NCBI GenBank assembly: GCA_964016885.1
Contig: OZ024743.1
Span: 208,568,001-208,632,000, forward strand
Origin: Eledone cirrhosa
Taxonomy: Eukaryota
Length of the DNA stretch: 64,000 nt
Direction of reading: 5' to 3'
Below the pieces are notes generated by a model, which searched no databases, was not told where the DNA came from, and was given only the letters and a program-made list of their open reading frames with translations. Position 1 is the first letter of the stretch. Each line of letters starts with the position of its first letter. A program made the translations under genes and the position numbers. Of this stretch, positions 1 to 12,900 are shown piece after piece.

Positions 1-554
1 CCAGATGAAAGCTCTTCACTCCATAAGATATACCACAGTTTACCATCCTATAGCCACACATGAAAGCTCTTCACTCCATCAGATATACCACAATTTACCA
101 TCCTATAGCCACAGATGAAAGCTCTTCACTCCATAAGATATACCACAGTTTACCATCCTATAGCCACACATGAAAGCTCTTCACTCCATAAGATATAACA
201 CAGTTTACCATCCTATGGTTACAGATGAAAGCTCTTCACCCCATAAGATATACTACAGTTTACCATCCTATAGCCACAGATGAAATCTCTTCACTCCATA
301 AGATATACGACAGTTTATCATCCTATAGCCGCAGATGAAAGCTCTTCACTCCATAAGATATACCACAGTTTACCATCCTATGGCCACAGATGAAAGCTCT
401 TCACTCCCTAAGATATACCACAGTTTACCATCCTATAGCCGCAGATGAAAGCTCTTCACTCCATAAGATATACCACAGTTTACCATCCTATGGCCACAGA
501 TGAAAGCTCTTCACTCCATAAGATATACCACAGTTTACCATCCTATAGCCACAC

Positions 555-607
555 ATGAAAGCTCTTCACTCCATAAGATATACCACAGTTTACCATCCTA
601 TAGCCAG
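555..607 (+). repeat. 53-bp monomer variant (example; recurs throughout the array)
   Basis: The junction reads TAGCCAG|ATG instead of TAGCCACAG|ATG, a 2-nt loss in the CA run. Seen at about 601, 985, 1586, 2135 and onward to about 63313. Confidence 0.97.
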
Positions 608-3600
608 ATGAAAGCTCTTCACTCCATAAGATATACCACAGTTTACCACCCTATAGCCACAGAGGAAAGCTCTTCACTCCATAACATATACTACAGTTTA
701 CCATCCTATAGGCACACATGAAAGCTCTTCACTCCATAAGATATACCACAATTTACCATCCTATAGCCACACATGAACGCTCTTCACTCAATAAGATATA
801 CCACAGTTTACCATCCTATAGCCACAAATGAAAGCTCTTCATTCCATAAGATATACCACAGTTTACCATCCTAGAGCCACACATGAGAGCTCTTCACTCC
901 ATAAGATATACCACAGTTTACCATCCTATAGCCACAGATGAAAGCTCTTCACTCCATCAGATATACCACAGTTTACCATCCTATAGCCAGATGAAAGCTC
1001 TTCACTCCATAAGATATACCACAGTTTACCATCCTATAGCCACACATGAAAGCTCTTCACTCCATAAGATATACCACAGTTTACCATCCTATAGCCACAC
1101 ATGAAAGCTCTTCACTCCATAAGATATACCACAGTTTACCATCCTATAGCCACACATGAAAGCTCTTCACTCCATAAGATATAACACAGTTTACCATCCT
1201 ATAGTTACAGATGAAAGCTCTTCACTCCATAAGATATACGACAGTTTACCATCCTATAGCCGCAGATGAAAGCTCTTCACTCCATAAGATATACCACAGT
1301 TTACCATCCTATAGCCACAGATGAAAGCTCTTCACTCCATAAGATATACCACAGTTTACCATCCTATAGCCACACATGAAAGCTCTTCACTCCATGAGAT
1401 ATACCACAGTTTACAATCCTATAGCCACAGATGAAAGCTCTTCACTCCATAAGATATACCACAGTTTACCATCCTATAGCCACACATGGAAGCTCTTCAC
1501 TCCATGAGATATACCACAGTTTACCATCCTATAGCCACACATGAAAGCTCTTCACTCCATAAGATATACCACAGTTTACCATCCTATAGCCAGATGAAAG
1601 CTCTTCACTCCATAAGATATACCACAGTTTACCATCCTATAGCCACACATGAAAGCTCTTCACTCCATCAGATATACCACAATTTACCATCCTATAGCCA
1701 CACATGAGAGATCTTCACTCAATAAGATATACCACAGTTTACCATCCTATAGCCACAAATGAAAGCTCTTCACTCCATAAGATATACCACAGTTTACCAT
1801 CCTATAGCCACACATGAAAGCTCTTCACTCCATGAGATATACCACAGTTTACCATCCTATAGCCACACATGAAAGCTCTTCACACCATAAGATATACCAC
1901 AGTTTAACATCCTATAGCCACACATGGAAGCTCTTCACTCCATGAGATATACCACAGTTTACCATCCTAGAGTCACACATGAGAGTTCTTCACTCCATAA
2001 GATATACCACAGTTTACCATCCTATAGCCACACATGAAAGCTCTTCACTCCATATGATATACCACAGTTTACTATCCTATAGCCACAGATGAAAGCTATT
2101 CACTCTATAAGATATACAACAGTTTACCATCCTATAGCCAGATGAAAGCTCTTCACTCCATAAGATATACCACAGTTTACCATCCTACAGCCACAGATGA
2201 AAGCTCTTCACTCCATAAGATATACCACAATTTACCATCCTACAGCCACGCCACGGATGAAAGCTCTTCACTCCATAAGATATACCTCAGTTTACCATCC
2301 TATAGCCACAGATCAAAGCTCTTCACTCCATAAGATATACCACAGTTTACCATCCTATAGCCACACATGAAAGCTCTTCACTCCATAAGATATACCACAG
2401 TTTACCATCCTATAGCCACAGATGAAAGCTCTTCACTCCATAAGATATACCACAGTTTACCATCCTATAGCCACACATGGAAGCTCTTCACTCCATGAGA
2501 TATACCACAGTTTACCATCCTATAGCCACACATGAAAGCTCTTCACTCCATAAGTTATACCACAGATTACCATCCTAGAGTCACACATGAGAGCTCTTCA
2601 CTCCATAATATATACCACAGTTTACCATCCTATAGCCACACATGAAAGCTCTTCACTCCATAAGATATACCACAGTTTACCATCCTATAGCCACAGATGA
2701 AAGCTCTTAACTCCATAAGATATACAACAGTTTACCATCCTATAGCCAGATGAAAGCTCTTCACTCCATAAGATATACCACAGTTTACCATCCTATAGCC
2801 ACAGATGAAAGCTCTTCACTCCATAAGATATACAACAGTTTACCATCCTATAGCCAGATGAAAGCTCTTCACTCCATAAGATATACCACAGTTTACCATC
2901 CTATAGCCACAGATTAAAGCTCTTCACTCCATAAGATATACCACAGTTTACCATCCTATAGCCACGCCACGGATGAAAGCTCTTCACTCCATAAGATATA
3001 CCACAGTTTACCATCCTATAGCCACGCCACGGATGAAACCTCTTCACTCCATAAGATATACCTCAGTTTACCATCCTATAGCCACAGATCAAAGCTCTTC
3101 ACTCCATAAGATATACCACAGTTTACCATCCTATAGCCACACATGAAAGCTCTTCACTCCATAAGATATACCACAGTTTACCATCCTATAGCCAGATGAA
3201 AGCTCTTCACTCCATAAGATATACCACAGTTTACCACCCTATAGCCACAGAGGAAAGCTCTTCACTCCATAACATATACTACAGTTTACCATCCTATAGG
3301 CACACATGAAAGCTCTTCACTCCATAAGATATACCACAATTTACCATCCTATAGCCACACATGAACGCTCTTCACTCAATAAGATATACCACAGTTTACC
3401 ATCCTATAGCCACAAATGAAAGCTCTTCATTCCATAAGATATACCACAGTTTACCATCCTAGAGCCACACATGAGAGCTCTTCACTCCATAAGATATACC
3501 ACAGTTTACCATCCTATAGCCACAGATGAAAGCTCTTCACTCCATCAGATATACCACAGTTTACCATCCTATAGCCAGATGAAAGCTCTTCACTCCATAA

Positions 3601-5090
3601 GATATACCACAGTTTACCATCCTATAGCCACACATGAAAGCTCTTCACTCCATAAGATATACCACAGTTTACCATCCTATAGCCACACATGAAAGCTCTT
3701 CAGTCCATAAGATATACCACAGTTTACCATCCTATAGCCACACATGAAAGCTCTTCACTCCATAAGATATAACACAGTTTACCATCCTATAGTTACAGAT
3801 GAAAGCTCTTCACTCCATAAGATATACGACAGTTTACCATCCTATAGCCGCAGATGAAAGCTCTTCACTCCATAAGATATACCACAGTTTACCATCCTAT
3901 AGCCACAGATGAAAGCTCTTCACTCCATAAGATATACCACAGTTTACCATCCTATAGCCACAAATGAAAGCTCTTCACTCCATGAGATATACCACAGTTT
4001 ACAATCCTATAGCCACAGATGAAAGCTCTTCACTCCATAAGATATACCACAGTTTACCATCCTATAGCCACACATGGAAGCTCTTCACTCCATGAGATAT
4101 ACCACAGTTTACCATCCTATAGCCACACATGAAAGCTCTTCACTCCATAAGATATACCACAGTTTACCATCCTATAGCCAGATGAAAGCTCTTCACTCCA
4201 TAAGATATACCACAGTTTACCATCCTATAGCCACACATGAAAGCTCTTCACTCCATCAGATATACCACAATTTACCATCCTATAGCCACACATGAGAGAT
4301 CTTCACTCAATAAGATATACCACAGTTTACCATCCTATAGCCACAAATGAAAGCTCTTCACTCCATAAGATATACCACAGTTTACCATCCTATAGCCACA
4401 CATGAAAGCTCTTCACTCCATGAGATATACCACAGTTTACCATCCTATAGCCACACATGAAAGCTCTTCACACCATAAGATATACCACAGTTTAACATCC
4501 TATAGCCACACATGGAAGCTTTTCACTCCATGAGATATACCACAGTTTACCATCCTATAGCCACACATGAAAGCTCTTCACTCCATATGATATACCACAG
4601 TTTACCATCCTATAGCCACAGATGAAAGCTATTCACTCTATAAGATATACAACAGTTTACCATCCTATAGCCAGATGAAAGCTCTTCACTCCATAAGATA
4701 TACCACAGTTTACCATCCTACAGCCACAGATGAAAGCTCTTCACTCCATAAGATATACCACAATTTACCATCCTATAGCCACGCCACGGATGAAAGCTCT
4801 TCACTCCATAAGATATACCTCAGTTTACCATCCTATAGCCACAGATCAAAGCTCTTCACTCCATAAGATATACCACAGTTTACCATCCTATAGCCACACA
4901 TGAAAGCTCTTCACTCCATAAGATATACCACAGTTTACCATCCTATAGCCACAGATGAAAGCTCTTCACTCCATAAGATATACCACAGTTTACCATCCTA
5001 TAGCCACACATGGAAGCTCTTCACTCCATGAGATATACCACAGTTTACCATCCTATAGCCACACATGAAAGCTCTTCACTCCATAAGATA
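560..5090 (+). repeat. Block duplication, offset 2588 bp shifting to 2533 bp after a one-monomer deletion
   Basis: ORF-track pairs 883/3471 and 1486/4074 (2588) and 2142/4675 (2533). The rare variant CAGAGGAAAG is shared at about 660 and 3248, and CCTACAGCC at about 2184 and 4717. Boundaries are approximate. Confidence 0.8.
2197..2256 (+). repeat. 60-bp monomer variant with GCCAC duplication (example; about 23 copies counted by eye)
   Basis: The junction reads GCCACGCCACGG|ATG near 2245, 2961, 3021, 4778, 5767, 9712, 10705, 12682, 16413, 17402, 17462, 21186, 26607, 29128, 34331, 37506, 42594, 54034, 54094, 58420, 58480, 60730 and 60790. Confidence 0.95.
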
Positions 5091-6819
5091 TACCACAGTT
5101 TACCATCCTATAGCCAGATGAAAGCTCTTCACTCCATAAGATATACCACAATTTATCATCCTATAGGCACACATGAAAGCTCTTCACTCCATAAGATATA
5201 CCACAGTTTACCATCCTATAGCCACAGATGAAAGCTCTTCACTCTATAAGATATACCACAGTTTACCATCCTATGGCCAGAGATGAAAGCTCTTCAATCC
5301 ATAGGATATACCACAGTTTACCATCCTATAGCCACACATGAAAGCTCTTCACTCCATAAGTTATACCACAGATTACCATCCTAGAGTCACACATGAGAGC
5401 TCTTCACTCCATAATATATACCACAGTTTACCATCCTATAGCCACACATGAAAGCTCTTCACTCCATAAGATATACCACAGTTTACCATCCTATAGCCAC
5501 AGATGAAAGCTCTTAACTCCATAAGATATACAACAGTTTACCATCCTATAGCCAGATGAAAGCTCTTCACTCCATAAGATATACCACAGTTTACCATCCT
5601 ATAGCCACAGATGAAAGCTCTTCACTCCATAAGATATACAACAGTTTACCATCCTATAGCCAGATGAAAGCTCTTCACTCCATAAGATATACCACAGTTT
5701 ACCATCCTATAGCCACAGATTAAAGCTCTTCACTCCATAAGATATACCACAGTTTACCATCCTATAGCCACGCCACGGATGAAAGCTCTTCACTCCATAA
5801 GATATACCACAGTTTACCATCCTATAGCCACAGATGAAAGCTCTTCACTCCATAAGATATACCTCAGTTTACCATCCTATAGCCACAGATCAAAGCTCTT
5901 CACTCCATAAGATATACCACAGTTTACCATCCTATAGCCACACATGAAAGCTCTTCACTCCATAAGATATACCACAGTTTACCATCCTATAGCCACAGAT
6001 GAAAACTGTTCACTCCATAAGATATACCACAGTTTACCATCCTATAGCCACAGATGAAAGCTCTTCACTCCATAAGATATACCACAGTTTACCATCCTAT
6101 AGCCACACATGGAAGCTCTTCACTCCATAAGATATACCACAGTTTACCATCATATAGCCACACATGAAAGCTCTTCACTCCATAAGATATACCACAGTTT
6201 ACCATCCTATAGCCAGATGAAAGCTCTTCACTCCATAAGATATCCCACAGTTTACCATCCTATAGCCACACATGAAAGCTCTTCAGTCCACAAGATATAA
6301 CACAGTTTACCATCCTATAGCCACAGATGAAAGCTCTTCACTCCATAAGATATACCACAGTTTACCATCCTATAGCCACACATGAAAGCTCTTCACTCCA
6401 TAAGATATAACACAGTTTACCATCCTATGGTTACAGATGAAAGCTCTTCACCCCATAAGATATACTACAGTTTACCATCCTATAGCCACAGATGTAATCT
6501 CTTCACTCCATAAGATATACGACAGTTTACCATCCTATAGCCGCAGATGAAAGCTCTTCACTCCATAAGATATACCACAGTTTACCATCCTATGGCCACA
6601 GATGAAAGCTCTTCACTCCCTAAGATATACCACAGTTTACCATCCTATAGCCACACATGAAAGCTCTTCACTCCATAAGATATACCACAGTTTAACATCC
6701 TATAGCCACACATGAAAGCTCTTCACTCCATAAGATATACCACAGTTTACCATCCTATAGCTAGATGAAAGCTCTTCACTCCATAAGATATAGCACAGTT
6801 TACCATCCTATAGCCAGAT

Positions 6820-8780
6820 GAAAGCTCTTCACTCCATAAGATATACCACAGTTTACCATCCTCTGGCCACAGATGAAAGCTCTTCACTCCATAAGATATA
6901 CCACAGTTTACCATCCTATAGCCGCAGATGAAAGCTCTTCACTCCATAAGATATACCACAGTTTACCATCCTATGGCCACAGATGAAAGCTCTTCACTCC
7001 ATAAGATATACCACAGTTTACCATCCTATAGCCACACATGAAAGCTCTTCACTCCATAAGATATACCACAGTTTACCATCCTATAGCCAGATGAAAGCTC
7101 TTCACTCCATAAGATATACCACAGTTTACCACCCTATAGCCACAGATGAAAGCTCTTCACTCCATAACATATACTACAGTTTACCATCCTATAGGCACAC
7201 ATGAAAGCTCTTCACTCCATAAGATATACCACAATTTACCATCCTATAGCCACACATGAACGCTCTTCACTCAATAAGATATACCACAGTTTACCATCCT
7301 ATAGCCACAAATGAAAGCTCTTCATTCCATAAGATATACCACAGTTTACCATCCTAGAGCCACACATGAGAGCTCTTCACTCCATAAGATATACCACAGT
7401 TTACCATCCTATAGCCACAGATGAAAGCTCTTCACTCCATCAGATATACCACAGTTTACCATCCTATAGCCAGATGAAAGCTCTTCACTCCATAAGATAT
7501 ACCACAGTTTACCATCCTATAGCCACACATGAAAGCTCTTCACTCCATAAGATATACCACAGTTTACCATCCTATAGCCACACATGAAAGCTCTTCACTC
7601 CATAAGATATACCACAGTTTACCATCCTATAGCCACACATGAAAGCTCTTCACTCCATAAGATATAACACAGTTTACCATCCTATAGTTACAGATGAAAG
7701 CTCTTCACTCCATAAGATATACGACAGTTTACCATCCTATAGCCGCAGATGAAAGCTCTTCACTCCATAAGATATACCACAGTTTACCATCCTATAGCCA
7801 GATGAAAGCTCTTCACTCCATAAGATATACCACAGTTTACCATCCTCTGGCCACAGATGAAAGCTCTTCACTCCATAAGATATACCACAGTTTACCATCC
7901 TATAGCCGCAGATGAAAGCTCTTCACTCCATAAGATATACCACAGTTTACCATCCTATGGCCACAGATGAAAGCTCTTCACTCCATAAGATATACCACAG
8001 TTTACCATCCTATAGCCACACATGAAAGCTCTTCACTCCATAAGATATACCACAGTTTACCATCCTATAGCCAGATGAAAGCTCTTCACTCCATAAGATA
8101 TACCACAGTTTACCACCCTATAGCCACAGATGAAAGCTCTTCACTCCATAACATATACTACAGTTTACCATCCTATAGGCACACATGAAAGCTCTTCACT
8201 CCATAAGATATACCACAATTTACCATCCTATAGCCACACATGAACGCTCTTCACTCAATAAGATATACCACAGTTTACCATCCTATAGCCACAAATGAAA
8301 GCTCTTCATTCCATAAGATATACCACAGTTTACCATCCTAGAGCCACACATGAGAGCTCTTCACTCCATAAGATATACCACAGTTTACCATCCTATAGCC
8401 ACAGATGAAAGCTCTTCACTCCATCAGATATACCACAGTTTACCATCCTATAGCCAGATGAAAGCTCTTCACTCCATAAGATATACCACAGTTTACCATC
8501 CTATAGCCACACATGAAAGCTCTTCACTCCATAAGATATACCACAGTTTACCATCCTATAGCCACACATGAAAGCTCTTCACTCCATAAGATATACCACA
8601 GTTTACTATCCTATAGCCACACATGAAAGCTCTTCACTCCATAAGATATAACACAGTTTACCATCCTATAGTTACAGATGAAAGCTCTTCACTCCATAAG
8701 ATATACGACAGTTTACCATCCTATAGCCGCAGATGAAAGCTCTTCACTCCATAAGATATACCACAGTTTACCATCCTATA
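6820..8780 (+). repeat. Tandem 984-bp (18-monomer) block duplication
   Basis: ORF pairs 6983/7967 and 7366/8350, with marker CCTCTGGCC at about 6860 and 7844. The same 984 offset recurs at 18458/19442 and 24371/25355. Boundaries are approximate. Confidence 0.85.
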
Positions 8781-11700
8781 GCCACAGATGAAAGCTCTTC
8801 ACTCCATAAGATATACCACAGTTTACCATCCTATAGCCACACATGAAAGCTCTTCACTCCATGAGATATACCACAGTTTACAATCCTATAGCCACAGATG
8901 AAAGCTCTTCACTCCATAAGATATACCAAAGTTTACCATCCTATAGCCACACATGGAAGCTCTTCACTCCATGAGATATACCACAGTTTACCATCCTATA
9001 GCCACACATGAAAGCTCTTCACTCCATAAGATATACCACAGTTTACCATCCTATAGCCAGATGAAAGCTCTTCACTCCATAAGATATACCACAGTTTACC
9101 ATCCTATAGCCACACATGAAAGCTCTTCACTCCATCAGATATACCACAATTTACCATCCTATAGCCACACATGAGAGATCTTCACTCAATAAGATATACC
9201 ACAGTTTACCATCCTATAGCCACAAATGAAAGCTCTTCACTCCATAAGATATACCACAGTTTACCATCCTATAGCCACACATGAAAGCTCTTCACTCCAT
9301 GAGATATACCACAGTTTACCATCCTATAGCCACACATGAAAGCTCTTCACACCATAAGATATACCACAGTTTACCATCCTATAGCCACACATGGAAGCTC
9401 TTCACTCCATGAGATATACCACAGTTTACCATCCTAGAGTCACACATGAGAGTTCTTCACTCCATAAGATATACCACAGTTTACCATCCTATAGCCACAG
9501 ATGAAAGCTCTTCACTCCATCAGATATACCACAGTTTACCATCCTATAGCCACAGATGAAAGCTATTCACTCTATAAGATATACAACAGTTTACCATCCT
9601 ATAGCCAGATGAAAGCTCTTCACTCCATAAGATATACCACAGTTTACCATCCTATAGCCACAGATGAAAGCTCTTCACTCCATAAGATATACCACAATTT
9701 ACCATCCTATAGCCACGCCACGGATGAAAGCTCTTCACTCCATAAGATATACCTCAGTTTACCATCCTATAGCCACAGATCAAAGCTCTTCACTCCATAA
9801 GATATACCACAGTTTACCATCCTATAGCCACACATGAAAGCTCTTCACTCCATAAGATATACCACAGTTTACCATCCTATAGCCACAGATGAAAGCTCTT
9901 CACTCCATAAGATATACCACAGTTTACCATCCTATGGCCACAGATGAAAGCTCTTCACTCCATAAGATATACCACAGTTTACCATCCTATAGCCACACAT
10001 GAAAGCTCTTCACTCCATAAGATATACCACAGTTTACCATCCTATAGCCACACATGAAAGCTCTTCACACCATAAGATATACCACAGTTTACCATCCTAT
10101 AGCCACACATGGAAGCTCTTCACTCCATGAGATATACCACAGTTTACCATCCTAGAGTCACACATGAGAGTTCTTCACTCCATAAGATATACCACAGTTT
10201 ACCATCCTATGGCCACAGATGAAAGCTCTTCACTCCATAAGATATACCACAGTTTACCATCCTATAGCCACACATGAAAGCTCTTCACTCCATGAGATAT
10301 ACCACAGTTTACCATCCTATAGCCACACATGAAAGCTCTTCACACCATAAGATATACCACAGTTTACCATCCTATAGCCACACATGGAAGCTCTTCACTC
10401 CATGAGATATACCACAGTTTACCATCCTAGAGTCACACATGAGAGTTCTTCACTCCATAAGATATACCACAGTTTACCATCCTATAGCCACAGATGAAAG
10501 CTCTTCACTCCATCAGATATACCACAGTTTACCATCCTATAGCCACAGATGAAAGCTATTCACTCTATAAGATATACAACAGTTTACCATCCTATAGCCA
10601 GATGAAAGCTCTTCACTCCATAAGATATACCACAGTTTACCATCCTATAGCCACAGATGAAAGCTCTTCACTCCATAAGATATACCACAGTTTACCATCC
10701 TATAGCCACGCCACGGATGAAAGCTCTTCACTCCATAAGATATACCTCAGTTTACCATCCTATAGCCACAGATCAAAGCTCTTCACTCCATAAGATATAC
10801 CACAGTTTACCATCCTATAGCCACACATGAAAGCTCTTCACTCCATAAGATATACCACAGTTTACCATCCTATAGCCACAGATGAAAGCTCTTCACTCCA
10901 TAAGATATACCACAGTTTACCATCCTATGGCCACAGATGAAAGCTCTTCACTCCATAAGATATACCACAGTTTACCATCCTATAGCCACACATGAAAGCT
11001 CTTCACTCCATAAGATATACCACAGTTTACCATCCTATAGCCAGATGAAAGCTCTTCACTCCATAAGATATACCACAGTTTACCACCCTATAGCCACAGA
11101 TGAAAGCTCTTCACTCCATAACATATACTACAGTTTACCATCCTATAGGCACACATGAAAGCTCTTCACTCCATAAGATATACCACAATTTACCATCCTA
11201 TAGCCACACATGAACGCTCTTCACTCAATAAGATATACCACAGTTTACCATCCTATAGCCACAAATGAAAGCTCTTCATTCCATAAGATATACCACAGTT
11301 TACCATCCTAGAGCCACACATGAGAGCTCTTCACTCCATAAGATATACCACAGTTTACCATCCTATAGCCACAGATGAAAGCTCTTCACTCCATCAGATA
11401 TACCACAGTTTACCATCCTATAGCCAGATGAAAGCTCTTCACTCCATAAGATATACCACAGTTTACCATCCTATAGCCACACATGAAAGCTCTTCACTCC
11501 ATAAGATATACCACAGTTTACCATCCTATAGCCACACATGAAAGCTCTTCACTCCATAAGATATACCACAGTTTACCATCCTATAGCCACACATGAAAGC
11601 TCTTCACTCCATAAGATATAACACAGTTTACCATCCTATAGTTACAGATGAAAGCTCTTCACTCCATAAGATATACGACAGTTTACCATCCTATAGCCGC

Positions 11701-12900
11701 AGATGAAAGCTCTTCACTCCATAAGATATACCACAGTTTACCATCCTATAGCCACAGATGAAAGCTCTTCACTCCATAAGATATACCACAGTTTACCATC
11801 CTATAGCCACACATGAAAGCTCTTCACTCCATGAGATATACCACAGTTTACAATCCTATAGCCACAGATGAAAGCTCTTCACTCCATAAGATATACCAAA
11901 GTTTACCATCCTATAGCCACACATGGAAGCTCTTCACTCCATGAGATATACCACAGTTTACCATCCTATAGCCACACATGAAAGCTCTTCACTCCATAAG
12001 ATATACCACAGTTTACCATCCTATAGCCAGATGAAAGCTCTTCACTCCATAAGATATACCACAGTTTACCATCCTATAGCCACACATGAAAGCTCTTCAC
12101 TCCATCAGATATACCACAATTTACCATCCTATAGCCACACATGAGAGATCTTCACTCAATAAGATATACCACAGTTTACCATCCTATAGCCACAAATGAA
12201 AGCTCTTCACTCCATAAGATATACCACAGTTTACCATCCTATAGCCACACATGAAAGCTCTTCACTCCATGAGATATACCACAGTTTACCATCCTATAGC
12301 CACACATGAAAGCTCTTCACACCATAAGATATACCACAGTTTACCATCCTATAGCCACACATGGAAGCTCTTCACTCCATGAGATATACCACAGTTTACC
12401 ATCCTAGAGTCACACATGAGAGTTCTTCACTCCATAAGATATACCACAGTTTACCATCCTATAGCCACAGATGAAAGCTCTTCACTCCATCAGATATACC
12501 ACAGTTTACCATCCTATAGCCACAGATGAAAGCTATTCACTCTATAAGATATACAACAGTTTACCATCCTATAGCCAGATGAAAGCTCTTCACTCCATAA
12601 GATATACCACAGTTTACCATCCTATAGCCACAGATGAAAGCTCTTCACTCCATAAGATATACCACAATTTACCATCCTATAGCCACGCCACGGATGAAAG
12701 CTCTTCACTCCATAAGATATACCTCAGTTTACCATCCTATAGCCACAGATCAAAGCTCTTCACTCCATAAGATATACCACAGTTTACCATCCTATAGCCA
12801 CACATGAAAGCTCTTCACTCCATAAGATATACCACAGTTTACCATCCTATAGCCACAGATGAAAGCTCTTCACTCCATAAGATATACCACAGTTTACCAT
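7912..12900 (+). repeat. Block duplication at 2970-bp offset with nested 993-bp and 275-bp duplications between the copies
   Basis: ORF pairs 7967/10937, 8350/11320, 8953/11923 and 9501/12471 are all 2970 apart, and 9501/10494 are 993 apart. Marker CACACCATAAG lies at 9348, 10066 and 10341. Confidence 0.85.
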
